Shown: positions 20,817 through 34,657 of the stretch, piece after piece
Layout of the letters: each line of letters opens with the position of its first letter
Numbering within the stretch: the first letter of the stretch is position 1
Assembly (NCBI GenBank): GCA_009602735.1
Contig: WELA01002297.1
Location: 842,773 to 891,078, forward strand
From: Mesotaenium endlicherianum
Taxonomy: Eukaryota
Length of the DNA: 48,306 bases
Direction of reading: 5' to 3'
Translations under genes and position numbers: made by a program
The notes under the pieces: generated by a model
Database searches by the model: none
Seen by the model: the letters and a program-made list of their open reading frames with translations, nothing else
Told to the model about the DNA's origin: nothing

Positions 20817-23800
20817 ATGGCCCCCATGAGATATGAACCCTCTCGCGGGGCAATAGTCTTCATGAATGCTGAGGGCACAGCATACCAGGGACATGATCAC
20901 AAGCATGGTCCTCTTGGCCTCCAGCTTGAACCGACTCCCTTAGTGTTGGAAAACTTCAAAGAGCTAGCTACATCTGGCCCGATCTGGGTAAGTGCTTCAA
21001 TAAGCTCTGATTTCCTTCTCCTTCTTCTTGTGCCAGCTGTGTAGTGATTTGAGTTATTATATATTAGTTCGCATATATTTTAATGTTTTCAAATATATTT
21101 GGAGTAGTATTGTGTGGAGTCAAGTGTGAATAGGTACTCTAGTAACTTGGTTCATGTCCTTTGAACCTTCCAAGGCATTTTCGAAGTTAGAGGAAAGACC
21201 TAGAAGAACTCCATGTGGCAAAAGTCAGATGTGCCATTTTTAGGTCAAAAGGACATGTGTACATTATTCTAGAAAGAGGTGGCAAGTTTTGGGATGTGTT
21301 GGGTGCCAACACATCAACATACACCTTCCTAGAAATTACTTATGTAGCAAGTATATAAACAAGAGCTAGAACATAGAAAGACATTCCAGAATCACTCTTG
21401 TACTTGCCAAAATCCAGAAATATATTAACTTTCAAGAAGCCATCTCTCTTTCAAGAAGCTACCACTTGTGTTCAAAGATCCTTGTCTTGAATAGATAAAG
21501 TATTCTGTTTTACTAAGTACTTTATCTATCTGTTTCACTACAGTGGTATCGGAGCTAGGCACTTTGGTAGCACAAGAAGATGGCCGATCCTCAAGACCAA
21601 CAGCAAGCTTTCGAAGGAAGCCCTTCCTCTCCAAGACACCCTCCTCCAGCGCCGATGGGAGAGCCCACTCAAGAAAATCTGCAACAACAAGAAGCACCAC
21701 AAGGAGGAGCACACCCTCCTCCAGCGTCGATGGGAGAGCCTACTCAAGGAAATCTGCAACAACAAGAAGCACCACAAGGAGGAGCACCGTCAAATCCCGT
21801 GGCAGCCGCTATAGCAAAGTTGACCCCACCACAAGGAGTTCCCGCAAATGAGTGGGCAGCCTTCCTAATGACCGTCCACAACCAAGTGGGCTTGGCCACC
21901 TATGAAGCAACCGTGCAAGCGTCAAGAGAAGCTATGGCTGCCATGGTTGCCCCTATTGCGAGCAATGCTCAAAATCCAGCCCCGGCTCAAGCGCCTCCAC
22001 AAGAGCCAACGAGAGCAAGGAAACTCATCAAGCCCGGCAAACCCGACACTTTCAACCCCGGGAAAGGTGCCAACCTGAATTTATGGCTCTACCAAGTGGA
22101 GACGTACCTCGCGTTCCTTGAAGTACCCGAGGAGGACTACGTTCCCTTTGCCGTTACCTTACTTAGAGGAGCAGCAACATCATGGTGGCGTAACTATCAA
22201 GCGGCTATATATCAAGCTATGGCGCACCCCATGCTCGGCCAAGAGCCCCCACCATCATATGCAAGATGGGCAGATTTTCGTGAGGCCCTCAAGAAGCAAT
22301 TCATGCCCATCAATGCGGAGAAGATTGCCCGAGGAAAGCTCCACCATCTCAAGCAAACGACGTCCGTTCAAGAGTATACATCCAGATTTCACGCCCTCAC
22401 TCTTGAGATCCCCAACATGTCTCTCGAGGAGAAGATTGACCGTTACATCTTTGGCCTCAAACCCAAGGTGGCAAAGGAAGTGGAGTTACGCGACTTGACG
22501 GACTTCTCAAAGATCATTGAAGTGGCCCAAAAGGTGGATACCTTGGATTTCAAGCACTCCGTGCCTTCATCTTCACGGGTACCGACGACGCGGGTGTACG
22601 CAGCCCCTTCCACATCCGAATCTGGACCCACACCCATGGAAATCGGAGTTATTAAAAGGGACCCCGCGGCTGCCCGGAAGAGTGGAAGACCCTCCAATGA
22701 CACTTATGATGCAAGAAACCAGCAAGGAGTGAAAGCAAGACTCTCCCCGGCTGAAAAAGAAGCTCTCATGACGGCTGGACTATGCTTCTATTGCAAGGAA
22801 AAGGGCCATCGTGCACTTTCATGCCCCAAAAAGTTGTCAAAAAACGGACAGCGCCGGTAGGCCAGGAGCCTACCACCCCAAGACCCACTTCACGAGAAGG
22901 CAACACGCCAAGTGAGGTGGAGACCCCCGTTGAAGACGACGTTCCAGCCCCAATGAGTTTGAGAGGTTACCTTGGAGGAGAGAAGGTCCACATCTTGGTG
23001 GATAGCGGAGCTCAAGGCAACTTCATTGCTGCAGATTTTGCCACCAAGCACGGTATTACTATGCGAACTCTTGACCACGACGAGGAGATTATGATGCCCG
23101 ATGGATTCTCCTATACTACCCCTTCCAAGAAGACGTACCCCTTGGCACTCTCTATCAAGTCCTTCAAGGATAGAGTAGTGTTCTCCCCCATGCAATTGGG
23201 CAAGTACGACGTCATCCTAGGGACGCCTTGGTTGACCAAGCACAACCCCCAAGTTGATTGGAGGACCGGTACTATCAAGATCAAGAATGACATCACTTCA
23301 AGAATCTGTATTTTGCGCGCAATCCAGAATATCCAGACCCAAGACATCCAGAAGCCGGCACACGAGATACTATTGTCCGCCCTCCAACTCAAGAGACTTG
23401 TGAGGAAGGGACACGAGCTTCTTTTGGCCTTGATCACGCCAAAAGACATCAAGAAAGACATCGAGAGTCAAGAAGGCAGCCCCGTTCCCAAGGAGATACA
23501 AGAAGTCTTTGAGGACTACAAAGAAGTGTTCTCCCCGGAATTGCCCAAGGGCCTACCCCCCAAAAGATTCGTAGACCACAAGATAGAGTTGGAGCCCGGA
23601 AGCAAGCCCATCTCTCGGCCTACGTTCAAAATGTCATACACGGAGCTAGACGAAGTCAAGAAGCAAATCAAGGAGCTACTGGAGCATGGCTTCATTCGAC
23701 CTAGCAAGTCGCCATTTGGAGCCCCGGTGCTATTTGTCAAGAAGAAAGATGGTACCTTGAGGATGTGTGTGGACTATCGCGCCCTCAACAAGATCACCAT

Positions 23801-26800
23801 CAAGAATCGATACCCGCTGCCGCGCATGGATGAGCTCATGGACCGGCTGGTTGGAGCCAAGTACTTCACGAAGATTGACTTACGGAGCGGCTACCACCAG
23901 ATTCGCATCGCAGAACCGGACATAGAGAAGACGGCATTCAGGACAAGATATGGACATTTTGAGTTCATGGTCCTGCCATTTGGACTCACCAACGCGCCAG
24001 CAACTTTCATGACTATGATGAACACCATATTTCAGCCCATGTTGGACAGATTTGTGGTGGTATTCATCGATGACATCCTTATCTACAGCAAGACCCTTGA
24101 AGAGCATGCGAGACACTTGAAAGAAGTCCTTGAAGTATTGAAGCAAAACAAGCTGTTTGCGAAGGAGTCAAAATGCGAGTTTGCCAAACAAGAAGTGGAG
24201 TTCCTAGGTCTCCACGTGACTGCTGATGGCATCAAGATAGACCCCAAGAAGACCACGGTGGTGGAGGAATGGCCAACCCCCACGACCAAGAAAGAACTCC
24301 AGTCATTCTTGGGATTTGCCAATTGGTACAGAAAATTCATCCAAGGCTTCTCGCACATAGCAGCCCCCCTGACAGATCTACTCAAGAAGGACAGGCTATA
24401 TACATGGACCGAGAAAGAGGAAGAGGCATTTCAAGAGTTAAAGCGAAGATTGACCACATCCCCGGTGCTCACACTCCCAAGTCCAAACCCAGATTGGCCC
24501 TTCCACGTCATCACCGATGCATCTTCCTATGCAATAGGAGCAATCCTGCTTCAAGACCAAGGCAAGGGACTGCAGCCCATCGCCTACGAGTCAAGGAAGC
24601 TAAATCCAGCCGAGCAAAATTATACAACCACGGAGCGAGAGGCATTGGCGATTGTACATGCCTTGAAGGTTTGGCGCTGCTACGTTGAAGGACGCAAAGT
24701 ACTGGTCACCACGGACCACGAGGCGTTAAAGCACCTCCAGACGCAGCCGTATCTCTCAAGGAGACAAGCAAGATGGAGCGGATACTTGCAACAATACAAC
24801 ATCACGATTCAGTACCAGCCCGGCAAGACAAACCCGGCTGACCCCCTCTCAAGACTGCAATTAAATGCAGTGATGGTATCCCTGAAGACAGATCTGGAAG
24901 CTCGATTTTCAGCCGCCTATGAAAGAGACCCTTACTACAAGAACGGAGAAGCAGCCTTGGACCCATGCAAGAAGCAAGAAGGCAATTATTGGGTGAGGCA
25001 AGATACGGGCCAGAGATGTGTTCCTAATGACTTAGACCTCCGGCTCTTGCTTCTACGAGAAGCACACGACAACCCTCTTGGAGGACACTTTGGAATCCTA
25101 AGGACCACGGGCGTTCTAGCTAGGACTTATTGTTGGCCAGGCATGTCTAAGCAAGTCAAGGAGTACTGCAGGAGCTGTGACACATGCCAAAGAATCAAGC
25201 CATCATCGCAAAAGGCGGGAGGACTCCTCCAACCACTACCAATCCCCGAAAGACAATGGACGGACATCTCAATGGACCTTATCGTGGACTTGCCCGTGAC
25301 ACCTCGAGGCCATAATGCAATACTCACGGTGGTGGACAGACTTACCAAGATGGCTCATTTTATTCCCACGACGACTAAGGCTACAGCACCACAACTTGCA
25401 AGACTCATCTTTGACAACATCTTCCGACTCCATGGACTACCATCAAGAATTGTGTCAGATAGAGATCCAAGATTCACAAGCCATTTCTGGAAAAATCTCT
25501 TCAAGAACTTGGGTACATCGCTGGATATGTCTACTGCCTACCACCCACAATCAGATGGGCAAACCGAGCGTATGAATCGTACCCTAAAGACCTCTCTAAA
25601 GGCCTACGTGTCTACCCTCGAGCAAGACTGGGACATGTACTTGACCCCCCTCGAGTTTGCCTACAACAACACTACGCAGGCCTCTACCCAAGAGTCCCCA
25701 TTCTTCCTCAACTATGGCTTCCATCCGACCACGCCACTGAGCTTCACGGCTGGCCATGATGAAGTACCTGCAGCCACAGATTTTATGGAGACATTAGAAG
25801 CAGCCCTTACAGCAGCGAAGAAAGCTCTACAACACGCGCAAGATGCTCAAGCAAGAGTGGCGAACAGATCCAGAAGAGAAATTACGTACAGAGTGGGTGA
25901 CAACGTGTTACTATCATCCAAGAACATTTCCCTGAACAACAGGCCTGCCGGCAGCAAGTTCTCTCCCAAGTATTTGGGACCCTTCAAGATTATCCAGCAA
26001 GTCAACCCCGTTGCTTTCAAGCTAGAACTTCCCCAGACTATGCACATCGACCCCGTATTCCACGCTTCCCTCTTCAAGCCATATGTGCAACCCGACAACA
26101 AGTTCCCAGGACGTGTGACAACCCCACCAGCCCCAACAATAGTGGATGATCATTTGGAGTACGAAGTGGAAGACATAGTGGCTATGAGAAATTTCAGGAG
26201 ACAGCAGCAATACTTGATCAAGTGGAAAGGATATCCAGATTCGGAGAATAGTTGGGTGGCGGCGCACTACCTTGACAAAGTTCAGAGAAAGTTGAAGCGC
26301 TTCCATGCCGCCAACCCCCATCTTGGACCAGCCCCAAGTCTCTCTACTAGAAGCCCGAAGACTTCAGGGAGGCAGCCTGCCACCATCAAGAAGCAGCAGA
26401 AGACCCCTTGGAGGCAGCCTGCAAGAACAAGAAAGAGGAAAAATTGACATTAGACACTCTTCTCTTCTCGCAGTTTCTGGACAGAAAACTAAAACTGCTA
26501 CTGGTAATAGGTCTCTGCATAATAAATTCTGAAAATTTACCTGGCTGTAGTCCATGAGTAGCCGGTCATTTAGAGTCCAAGTTTGCTCAATTTGGAGCAC
26601 TGGTGAGAGAGATATGATGCTCTAAGTAGAAGGGGGTCAGGCTGCTGGCATTGTTAGGACAGAATATGCCTTCTGACATTGTGCCTTCCCCTGAACTTGG
26701 AATGCTCTGAAACTCAAGACTCTGGTAGAACATCTTACAGCGCCCAGTTTGAGACTTAGTTTGCAGAATTTGGAGAAGTATAGAAGGACTTATGATTTTC

Positions 26801-29135
26801 AGAAGTTTCTGCACAGATTTGGAGGAGTGCCTACTCTCTCAGCTCTCAACGACACTCCAGAAATGAGAATGCTCTCAAATTTGGTGACCCGGTAGAGTTC
26901 TCCGACGCGGTCCGTCTGGCACTCGAATTTTCAGATTTGGAGCAGTTCTGTGGCCGCTATGAATTTTTGAGTTCGTGGCAGATTCTGGGCCAACTTGTAC
27001 AATTTTCTTTATCATTAAGGAGTAGGCTAGCCAATAAGGTCACACCACCTACGACCTTGCCTAGTCTACCTTACATGTGTAGCACCTGACTTGGCGCCTT
27101 TGACTAGTCCTCTTCACATGTGTGGCATCTGACTTGAAACTGTTGACTAGTTTGCTCCACATGTGTAAGACCTGACTTGACGCGCCGAGACGTCGCTTTT
27201 TCTATCGGGGGGGTGATGTAGTGATTTGAGTTATTATATATTAGTTTGCATATATTTTAATGTTTTCAAATATATTTGGAGTAGTATTGTGTGGAGTCAA
27301 GTGTGAATAGGTACTCTAGTAACTTGGTTCATGTCCTTTGAACCTTCCAAGGCATTTTCGAAGTTAGAGGAAAGACCTAGAAGAACTCCATGTGGCAAAA
27401 GTCAGATGTGCCATTTTTAGGTCAAAAGGACATGTGTACATTATTCTAGAAAGAGGTGGCAAGTTTTGGGATGTGTTGGGTGCCAACACATCAACATACA
27501 CCTTCCTAGAAATTACTTATGTAGCAAGTATATAAACAAGAGCTAGAACATAGAAAGACATGGGAGAATCACTCTTGTACTTGCCAAAATCCAGAAATAT
27601 ATTAACTTTCAAGAAGCCATCTCTCTTTCAAGAAGCTACCACTTGTGTTCAAAGATCCTTGTCTTGAATAGATAAACTATTCTGTTTTACTAAATACTTT
27701 ATCTATCTGTTTCACTACAAGCTGTGTAGGTTGCTTTTGGCTATCAAAATTGAGAAATCCAGCGACTGCAATGAGGCTACATTGGCACTGTAGTTTCCCT
27801 CTGGCAACTGGCAGCTGCACATCACGTATCTGGCTACCTCAAAAGCCTGCCCTCTCATTGCTCCCGTGTTGCTCAGAAGCCTGTCCCATCCCCTTCCCTC
27901 TGCTTTGGAGGTTTTTGTGTGTATGTTCTATTTGTTGTGAAGCTTGACAACTGGCTCGTTCCGTTTGCAATGTCTTTGCTCCCTGTTTGTGGCACGTTGT
28001 TGCTGGAAGAGACAAATTTGAGCCTGGGTGGGATATTTCTTTCAATGCTGAAGTCTTGAGCACTTTCTTTCGTAACAAGTTCTGCTTCTTTTATAACACA
28101 AGCAAACCCACAGTGACATCTTGCAGAACTCTGGAGAGCTCCTGCGCGTCCCTTATCTTTGGGACATCGATAGTTGTCCTTTAAGCCGATTTTGTCGTTG
28201 GAGCCTTGCCCCATGCATGTGATGCAGCAGCAGTGGCCGAGTGCTACGTGGGGGAGCTTGGTGACGGGCCTGGCCAGCCGGAGCGTGCAGGCCGCGCCAG
28301 CCAAAATTCAAGGTGAGCTCGTGCAAAGATCACTCATTTCTCTTGCAATATGCATGTTCAAAATGCAAGCATGACATCTGCGAGGGCGCATGTGCAGGAG
28401 CGCATTTGTGAGTGTGCGCGTGCGCGCATGTACATATGGGCGCGAGGGTGTTGTTTCCGAGGTTCTGCTGTACTCTCGAGTCTCAACATCAGTGACATCA
28501 TGACATTGCTTGACATTGTGACATGTGTGGGGTCAAATGTTCTGACTGCAAGGTGGAATCAAGAGCAAGAGACGCTGTTCATAAGTCACATGCTTGCTTA
28601 CCTGCTGTATGTGTATCTTGATTGTGTGCATGCGCGCTCGGCAGGTGTCAACGCCGTGAGCTCAAGCAGCGAGGGCAACGTGGCGGCGGCCGTGCACCCT
28701 CTGCCGGCATCGATCCAGCCTACAAGGCGCAGGGGCTGGCCCAAGAAGGGCTCTGCTGCAGCAGCGCCAGGTGGCAGCAGCATGGCCGTCCTGGACAAGG
28801 ATGTCTCCAAGGGGCCGACGAAGAGGGCCGCTGCTACTCTACTGCCACGTCCTGCCAGAAGACCCCGATATAACGGGTGTAGTGCGGCCCAAGCGCGCCT
28901 TGTCATGCATGAGAAGGATGGGGAAACTCGGCACGCGGCGCTTGCAAAGGAGACGGCGGCCGCCGACGTGCAACGGGCGCGAAAGAAAGCAGACGAGGCG
29001 GCAGCCCTGACGGCCGCTATTGCAGCTTCCCTGGCCATGGCCAAGGCTGTGGGGGGGCTGCGGAGCGTTGCTGAGAGCGCTTGGGCCCGGGTTAGGGTAA
29101 ACGGGGCCGGCACGCTGCTAGTGAGCACCTTCTAG
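20817..29135 (+). CDS. Derived tandem paralog of the PH-like gene lacking the PH-like core; predicted exons 20,817-20,987, 28,228-28,312 and 28,645-29,135 (248 aa); may be a pseudogene
   Basis: Conserved start context, HGPLGLQL ~ HPPLGLTL, homologous intron sequence, [12 protein letters not shown] exon and last-exon homology. GT/AG sites and phases are compatible. The reading frame continues past TAG 29,133 to 29,567. Confidence 0.6.
21580..22860 (+). CDS. gag: Gag of element F (426 aa)
   Basis: [27 protein letters not shown] and zinc knuckle [14 protein letters not shown]. Confidence 0.95.
   Translation: MADPQDQQQAFEGSPSSPRHPPPAPMGEPTQENLQQQEAPQGGAHPPPASMGEPTQGNLQQQEAPQGGAPSNPVAAAIAKLTPPQGVPANEWAAFLMTVHNQVGLATYEATVQASREAMAAMVAPIASNAQNPAPAQAPPQEPTRARKLIKPGKPDTFNPGKGANLNLWLYQVETYLAFLEVPEEDYVPFAVTLLRGAATSWWRNYQAAIYQAMAHPMLGQEPPPSYARWADFREALKKQFMPINAEKIARGKLHHLKQTTSVQEYTSRFHALTLEIPNMSLEEKIDRYIFGLKPKVAKEVELRDLTDFSKIIEVAQKVDTLDFKHSVPSSSRVPTTRVYAAPSTSESGPTPMEIGVIKRDPAAARKSGRPSNDTYDARNQQGVKARLSPAEKEALMTAGLCFYCKEKGHRALSCPKKLSKNGQRR
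21637..21786 (+). repeat. 75-bp in-frame tandem duplication in F gag
   Basis: HPPPA[P/S]MGEPTQ[E/G][12 protein letters not shown] occurs twice. Confidence 0.9.
22782..26447 (+). CDS. pol: Pol of element F (PR-RT-RH-IN-chromodomain), uninterrupted
   Basis: [53 protein letters not shown] and [15 protein letters not shown], followed by a basic tail. Confidence 0.96.
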   Translation: MLLLQGKGPSCTFMPQKVVKKRTAPVGQEPTTPRPTSREGNTPSEVETPVEDDVPAPMSLRGYLGGEKVHILVDSGAQGNFIAADFATKHGITMRTLDHDEEIMMPDGFSYTTPSKKTYPLALSIKSFKDRVVFSPMQLGKYDVILGTPWLTKHNPQVDWRTGTIKIKNDITSRICILRAIQNIQTQDIQKPAHEILLSALQLKRLVRKGHELLLALITPKDIKKDIESQEGSPVPKEIQEVFEDYKEVFSPELPKGLPPKRFVDHKIELEPGSKPISRPTFKMSYTELDEVKKQIKELLEHGFIRPSKSPFGAPVLFVKKKDGTLRMCVDYRALNKITIKNRYPLPRMDELMDRLVGAKYFTKIDLRSGYHQIRIAEPDIEKTAFRTRYGHFEFMVLPFGLTNAPATFMTMMNTIFQPMLDRFVVVFIDDILIYSKTLEEHARHLKEVLEVLKQNKLFAKESKCEFAKQEVEFLGLHVTADGIKIDPKKTTVVEEWPTPTTKKELQSFLGFANWYRKFIQGFSHIAAPLTDLLKKDRLYTWTEKEEEAFQELKRRLTTSPVLTLPSPNPDWPFHVITDASSYAIGAILLQDQGKGLQPIAYESRKLNPAEQNYTTTEREALAIVHALKVWRCYVEGRKVLVTTDHEALKHLQTQPYLSRRQARWSGYLQQYNITIQYQPGKTNPADPLSRLQLNAVMVSLKTDLEARFSAAYERDPYYKNGEAALDPCKKQEGNYWVRQDTGQRCVPNDLDLRLLLLREAHDNPLGGHFGILRTTGVLARTYCWPGMSKQVKEYCRSCDTCQRIKPSSQKAGGLLQPLPIPERQWTDISMDLIVDLPVTPRGHNAILTVVDRLTKMAHFIPTTTKATAPQLARLIFDNIFRLHGLPSRIVSDRDPRFTSHFWKNLFKNLGTSLDMSTAYHPQSDGQTERMNRTLKTSLKAYVSTLEQDWDMYLTPLEFAYNNTTQASTQESPFFLNYGFHPTTPLSFTAGHDEVPAATDFMETLEAALTAAKKALQHAQDAQARVANRSRREITYRVGDNVLLSSKNISLNNRPAGSKFSPKYLGPFKIIQQVNPVAFKLELPQTMHIDPVFHASLFKPYVQPDNKFPGRVTTPPAPTIVDDHLEYEVEDIVAMRNFRRQQQYLIKWKGYPDSENSWVAAHYLDKVQRKLKRFHAANPHLGPAPSLSTRSPKTSGRQPATIKKQQKTPWRQPARTRKRKN
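22839..22874 (+). promoter_or_regulatory. Predicted -1 frameshift signal of F
   Basis: A_AAA_AAC in the gag frame at 22,839-22,845 and stem GGTAGGC/GCCTACC at 22,856-22,874. pol is in the -1 frame. Confidence 0.8.
27073..27185 (+). repeat. ~43-bp tandem repeats (2.5 copies) upstream of the F PPT
   Basis: acatgtgt....ctgacttg....tgactagt is repeated. Confidence 0.75.
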
Positions 29136-31194
29136 GAGGAAGAGAAAGCCCCCATCACTAGAGCCCCCATCATTAGAGCCAACGGCAGTGCCACAAAGCT
29201 GCTGGGCTTGCTAGAATTTCCGTTGGAGGTCAACATAGAAGCGGAGGACATGATCCATGCGTGCGGGGGCAATAGGTATGAGGTTGTGCCCGCGGAAGAT
29301 GACTGGCTCTCCCATCTGTCTCCCCCGCCGTCGCCTTACATTGCCCATCTTGCTGCTGCGCTGCTTTTTGCGCCAAACGAAGACGTCGCCCCACGCGGGT
29401 GCACCTCCACTGATTGCAGCGCACTTGCCGGCCCTTCCTCTCAACCTGCCGCCCTTGCGGACGTGGCATCTGACTCGTCTCCCGATGAAGTGCGGGCTCT
29501 GGTCCCACGGGCTCGGCAACCACCCGAGGAAATCGAGTACATCTCGATCTCCAACTCCGACGACTAGGGGTCCTCCTCAGATTGCTGCAGGGTTCCAGTT
29601 GGACCCTCCATCTGCTTCCATGTGGCGATCGGTCGTGCGCTTGCCCTGTACTGGGGTGGGCAGATGTCGGCATGTCTGGCGGATGACGTCGGCACGTCAG
29701 GCGGATGATGTAACCAAGGTTGGTTTTAAGGGGGCTCACATAGGTGTTAGCTGTTTCTCATCAAACAAAAAATGCGGGTACAATGAAAGTTTGGGAGGTG
29801 TCGTGTTGTGAATATTTATGGTGAGAAGAAGCTGGTTTAGACGGTATAGAGGAATCACCCGAGGGTGTACATACAGAAGGAACTTTCAGGTCAAACTTCT
29901 TGGCGTCCCCCTTGCTACATATAGAGCGAGGGTGTTGCTTAGGTCATTCCTGTACAAAAATCGAATCAGGTGTATCTCCTGACGGAGCAGCACACATCGT
30001 GCGGCGGTTGTAGTGCATGTGCACCATGTGTGCTGACCCTCGAGCTGTTTGTGCTACTTGGTGGCAATGGCACTTGAGGTAATCGCGTATATTGGGTTGT
30101 GCCCCTTGGTAGTAGGCTGTGACGAAGCCCATCACATACACTGGGGGCCTGCCAGGTGGCCCTCCAGGTATAACAAGTTCTGTTGTAATTATATGACTCA
30201 AAGCAAAGGTAGAGTACACTTTTGCTGGAGTACGAAGAGTGGTCCATTATAATGTACTTGTAGGCAGTTTGAGATGGTATGAATGGCGAGGAGAACAAAG
30301 CATCTCCGGCATAAGTTAGTGATATAGGGTACGGACATTCTATTCCTGAGATGACCTCGTAGGCTTGAGACGACGTGCACATGTACCAAGCACAATCCCT
30401 TATCAGGAGGCCATGGTCGTAATCTACGAATTATGGTACCTCCTTACAGTTTATTATGCAGCTCCACAATTGCGTCACTTTGTTTGCTAAATCTAATCCT
30501 ACAGGAATCCTATCCAGCGCAGGACATTCCGAACTGCACAAAAGACTGTTCGTGGCATGACACATTCCTGTTTAAACTGTGAGTGAAAACTCACCAACTA
30601 TAAGCATATCCTCGAGTACGCTTATACGAAGCACGTTATAGAGCACCAGCTCTGCCTACCCTGTCAAATTTAAAGTGCAAAGTATTGCAACCCAGCAGGT
30701 CGACTGACTTGGGACTTTGGAGGCACAAAACAAGCTTTGCAAAGTTCAGGATTGAAGCAGAATGCCGCACTTAAAAGACGCCTTCCAAATGATTTGCCGC
30801 CGCCGCGGCATTGGCTGGGCATATAATCCATGACATCTCAGGAAGCGTGGGCACCACTGCCCATGGTGGTGTTTGGGACGAACTCGTTTTACAAGATAGA
30901 TCATCCGTTGGCTACCTGCTTTCATGCAGACGGTTTCTGGAAACTCATGAGCTGATTGGGTCAAAGACAGTCTCAAATCTCTCTGCCCGCACCGCGCCCG
31001 CTGTCTTAACATTCTAATGCATTTGTGGGCGACAGAAATGCTCGAGCAGAGAAGTGCTGCTCGCAAAGAGGGTGGAGCTTTCGGTCTCAGCGCACGACTC
31101 CTGCGTGGATGGCGCCATTCATATGGAGAAGCGCGTCTGCCAAAAAGCCATCTGTTGCTACACACTTCTTGAAGCAAACATCGAGGATGCCTGC

Positions 31195-31352
31195 CTGTGT
31201 GTGTGTATGTGCGCGTGCATGCGTGCATGTGTGTGTGTGCATCCTTGGTGCACGTGTGTGTGAGCGTGCCTGTGCGTGTGGGCGGGCGTGTGTGTGTGTG
31301 TGCGCGCGCGTGCGCGTGTGTGTGTCTCTACACGTGTGCGTGCGTGCGTGTC
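31195..31352. repeat. (GT/GC)n low-complexity microsatellite
   Basis: Alternating purine-pyrimidine tract. Confidence 0.8.
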
Positions 31353-34300
31353 ACTTGCTGTAATTGCTGCTCATCAAAATCGTTGTGTCATAGCCGATGT
31401 TGACCTTTCTAAGATTTTCTGATATATCCTTGAGATTCAAAAAAGGGAACAATGCTCGTCATCTAAATTGCTCAGCTCTCGGTGTATTCAATTTTTCGAA
31501 ACAAGGGTGCAAATTGTCTTGGCAGGAGAAGTTGCACTTGTGCCTGCGCCTGTCTGAGCTGGCTTCGCTTCCACCTGTGGATGCAGCCTGCAAGTTGTCC
31601 TGGTTCATGTGCCGCGCTGCCGTCGGATCACAGATGAGGAGGAGCACAAGCAGGCGGCAACAACTCCTGGCTGTTGACCTTTGCATCACCTCAGCTTAGC
31701 CGCCAAGTGTCGAGGATCGTCTTTTGCCTTGCTATATTTTGAGATGCGCGTGTGTGCATGTGTAGAGATTTGGGAGTCATAATGCCTCAGAAGTGATTGG
31801 CCCATGCATCGGCGCGCACAGCATGTTACATAATGAGAGAAGAGAACCTAACGTACGATTCTGAACTAGTCTAGGTCACCATTCAGCAGACAAGACAGGA
31901 CAACAAAGTGGAGAAAACAGTGTAGAGAGCAGCCTCACCCTCCCCCCTCCACCCCCTCCTCCTCTTTCCCCCTCCACCTAAACTGAATAGAACCTCGTCT
32001 TAACGGAGTGGGGGGCGAGACAGCTGGCAACAATTCACTTACGCAGTCAGCCTCTGTAAGGCGGGCGCTTCTGAATTCATGGCACAGAATACTGGACACG
32101 TGATTGCCGAGCATTGCCGCCCTTTCTCCTCAAGACGAAACGGCAGAGAGAAGTTGGCTCTAAATGTGGAGATTCGTTGCCCTGCTTTCTTGCCGGTGCA
32201 CATCGACAAGGACTAAGTTGCGGCATCTCTCCAGAGCAGACTGACTATCTGTTTGGATGGAAAGTGGATCAACTGTACAGTCGACAAGTGGCAGCTTCAC
32301 CCGCCCTTGATAATTGTAAGCTGCTTCTGTATCATTGCAAAGAGCGAGGCTCACGAATGGGGCATGAAGAATCTTGGCCGTCTGCTGCTGAATCTGACGG
32401 GTGCCTCTGCAGATGCTGATGTCACGATACAATCAAGTGGAAGTAGCAGCAGCCACAAGCACAGACTTGGACAGAGCATTCTCAAGCTGCCCCCTTTTCC
32501 TTCTCTACCGGGCCTAGAGTATCAGATGGTTCCAGGGCCTTGAGATACTACGACTGCAGACATCCATCCACAGGACTCATATCATCCAGAATCCTACTTA
32601 CAAGCAGAGTGGCCCAGTTCTGCTTCAAGGCATAGCGTATCTTCTCTAGCATGAGATGCGCAAGACCCCTTTCACTATTTTCTGCTGCTGAAGCTTTGGA
32701 AACGTCCCGGCCATTTTGCCCCCAATAGTGTGATGATGCAGCCGTAGCTTCTCCGCACTCTTGGCATTCCAAACCCGCCCCCTACCAGCAAAGATGCACG
32801 CTGATAGGTCCAGATAAAGGAGCCATGTCACTTGCTTTAGCATTCCTTGGGGCCTTAGATGCATGTCAATGTTTTACAGTAAAATAAATTGCTTATTGTT
32901 GTCGTGAATCATCCAGATAGCACAACTTCAAGAGCCCAAAAACTAGGCAGGAAAATGTAGTGAATTTAGCTCAACAGCGAAACAAGCTATGAGAACAACT
33001 GAGTTATCTACAAAAAATTTAGATCCTCTGATTTATCCTAGAACAGTTTAAATGATACGGTCGATGAAGGCTGCTCTCCCTTTCTCTCCAAGACTTTTTA
33101 GATTCAAGATGGCAACTGGCGGACATGGCTGGTCCTGCGACCAAGGGGAAGTGCCACCACAGCGTTCTCCCTCCCTCCCTCCCTCCCTCCCTCTTAAAGC
33201 TCTTTAGCTCCTGCAAGAAAGTGACACGCGAATCAGGTAACTAAGAATACAGATTGCAACCTGGGAACAAACCTCAACCTCCATGCATTCAACCAGAACC
33301 CTCTCAACGTACACCCGTGGCAGATAGGATAATATAGTTTAAAATGGTTCGAGTAGTGGAATGCCTTAATTTGACGCTCATTGACGCTGCTGCTCGCTGC
33401 ACTAGCTAGAACTAGTGAGGATCTAGAAGGTAGTCCCGCTTCATCCCGCTTAACGTCGCCCAGGCGGTCGACCCTAGTCAATGCTTGTCATTGCCAGTCA
33501 TCTCCCCACTTTCTGTGGTTCCAACTTCCCTGCCCATCCGGACCCTGGAGGAGGCACGTTGAGTAATTTTGAGAATTCCACGCTTCGAATATCCACATCG
33601 ACAGGTGTAGTTTGCCGCCCAGCCCGATGCTGCTGCCAGGAAACGGAAAAAGATTCAGTCCCAGGTTGGACTAGGGCTATACAAAAACTGGCCAAATAGC
33701 CAAAAAGCCAGGGTGGTTCTATATCGTTCGTTTTGGAAAGGCCAAAAGTTTCATATTATTTCCGACCGGAGACCGAAATTTATCAATTTTAAAAACGCTA
33801 TATGAAACGGAAATAGGTTGCGCAGGACTTGCATGATTAAATGTGCTGATCCCCCTTCCATCTAACTCTCCTTTTCCCTTCCTCCTCCGGAACGTACTGC
33901 TGCAGCCTGGGTCTCTCCAGTGACCTAGAAAAAAGCGCCCACTGTCACGAGATATTTGCAAAAAATCCACAGCGCTCATCTCCCTTTTTCCTTCTACTCC
34001 GGCCTTCTTGATGCTCTGTGAGGACTCTCTGTGCTGGCGCTCTGGCTTGCAGTGGGCCTGCATTTGAAGGTAAGAAGGCTGTCCATTCTTCAACTCAGTA
34101 TGGCCTTCATCGTACTCATTTGGCGCTCGATATGAGTGTTTTTGTTGCTGGAATGCAGCTGCTTGTTGCTGAGAAAGAGGAAGGGAGTGAGGAAAGAGAG
34201 CTTCTGCTGGAACATGCTGAAAATCGAGCGCCCGTGTAAGCTGCTGCCACTAGCGAAGACGGAGGGACGGGGGGTTAGGTGGGAGTGCTCGGCTGAAGAT

Positions 34301-34657
34301 AATAGGAAACGACTCACGATGAAGATAGCCAAGATACACAAATCATGGTCATTAACATGCTGGAAGACACTGCAGAAAGTTTACAAGATGCAAAAAATGA
34401 TGGTGTTTCTGCTGTATGTCATGGGGATCTTCCTCATCACACTTCCGCTTTGCAAAGCTGCTTACTGTTTTCTTTGCATGAAGTTGGCCAAACTCCTGGC
34501 GATCGTGAAGGCGCTGTCATCAGCAGCTCTGCTTGTCTAGTGTCAAGAACTTCAGCTGGCCTCTAGCCAGCAACTTGAGAATGGCTGCCTCTTTGAAACA
34601 ACATATTTATTGTTCTCATAGAGTGTGTGGCAGGGTCTTTGAAGCAGGCAGAGTTGG

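Larger units (their letters stand above)
21040..27719 (+). mobile_element. Intact Ty3/gypsy chromovirus F
   Basis: 503-bp LTRs (21,040-21,542 and 27,217-27,719, ~6 differences), TG..CA ends, TSD AGCTG (21,035-21,039 and 27,720-27,724), PBS 21,544-21,555, G-rich PPT, open gag and pol. Confidence 0.97.

Noticed and set aside
27073..27185. CRISPR-like repeat/spacer pattern
   Set aside because: These are degenerate tandem repeats in a retrotransposon 3' UTR of a eukaryote, with no unique spacers or cas genes.
32548..32772. YWGQNG motif resembling the start of GH18 class III chitinases
   Set aside because: Only six residues match, with no downstream chitinase motifs.
29900..33700. Many short ORFs on both strands, possible exons
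   Set aside because: I could not build a consistent spliced model or recognise a domain.
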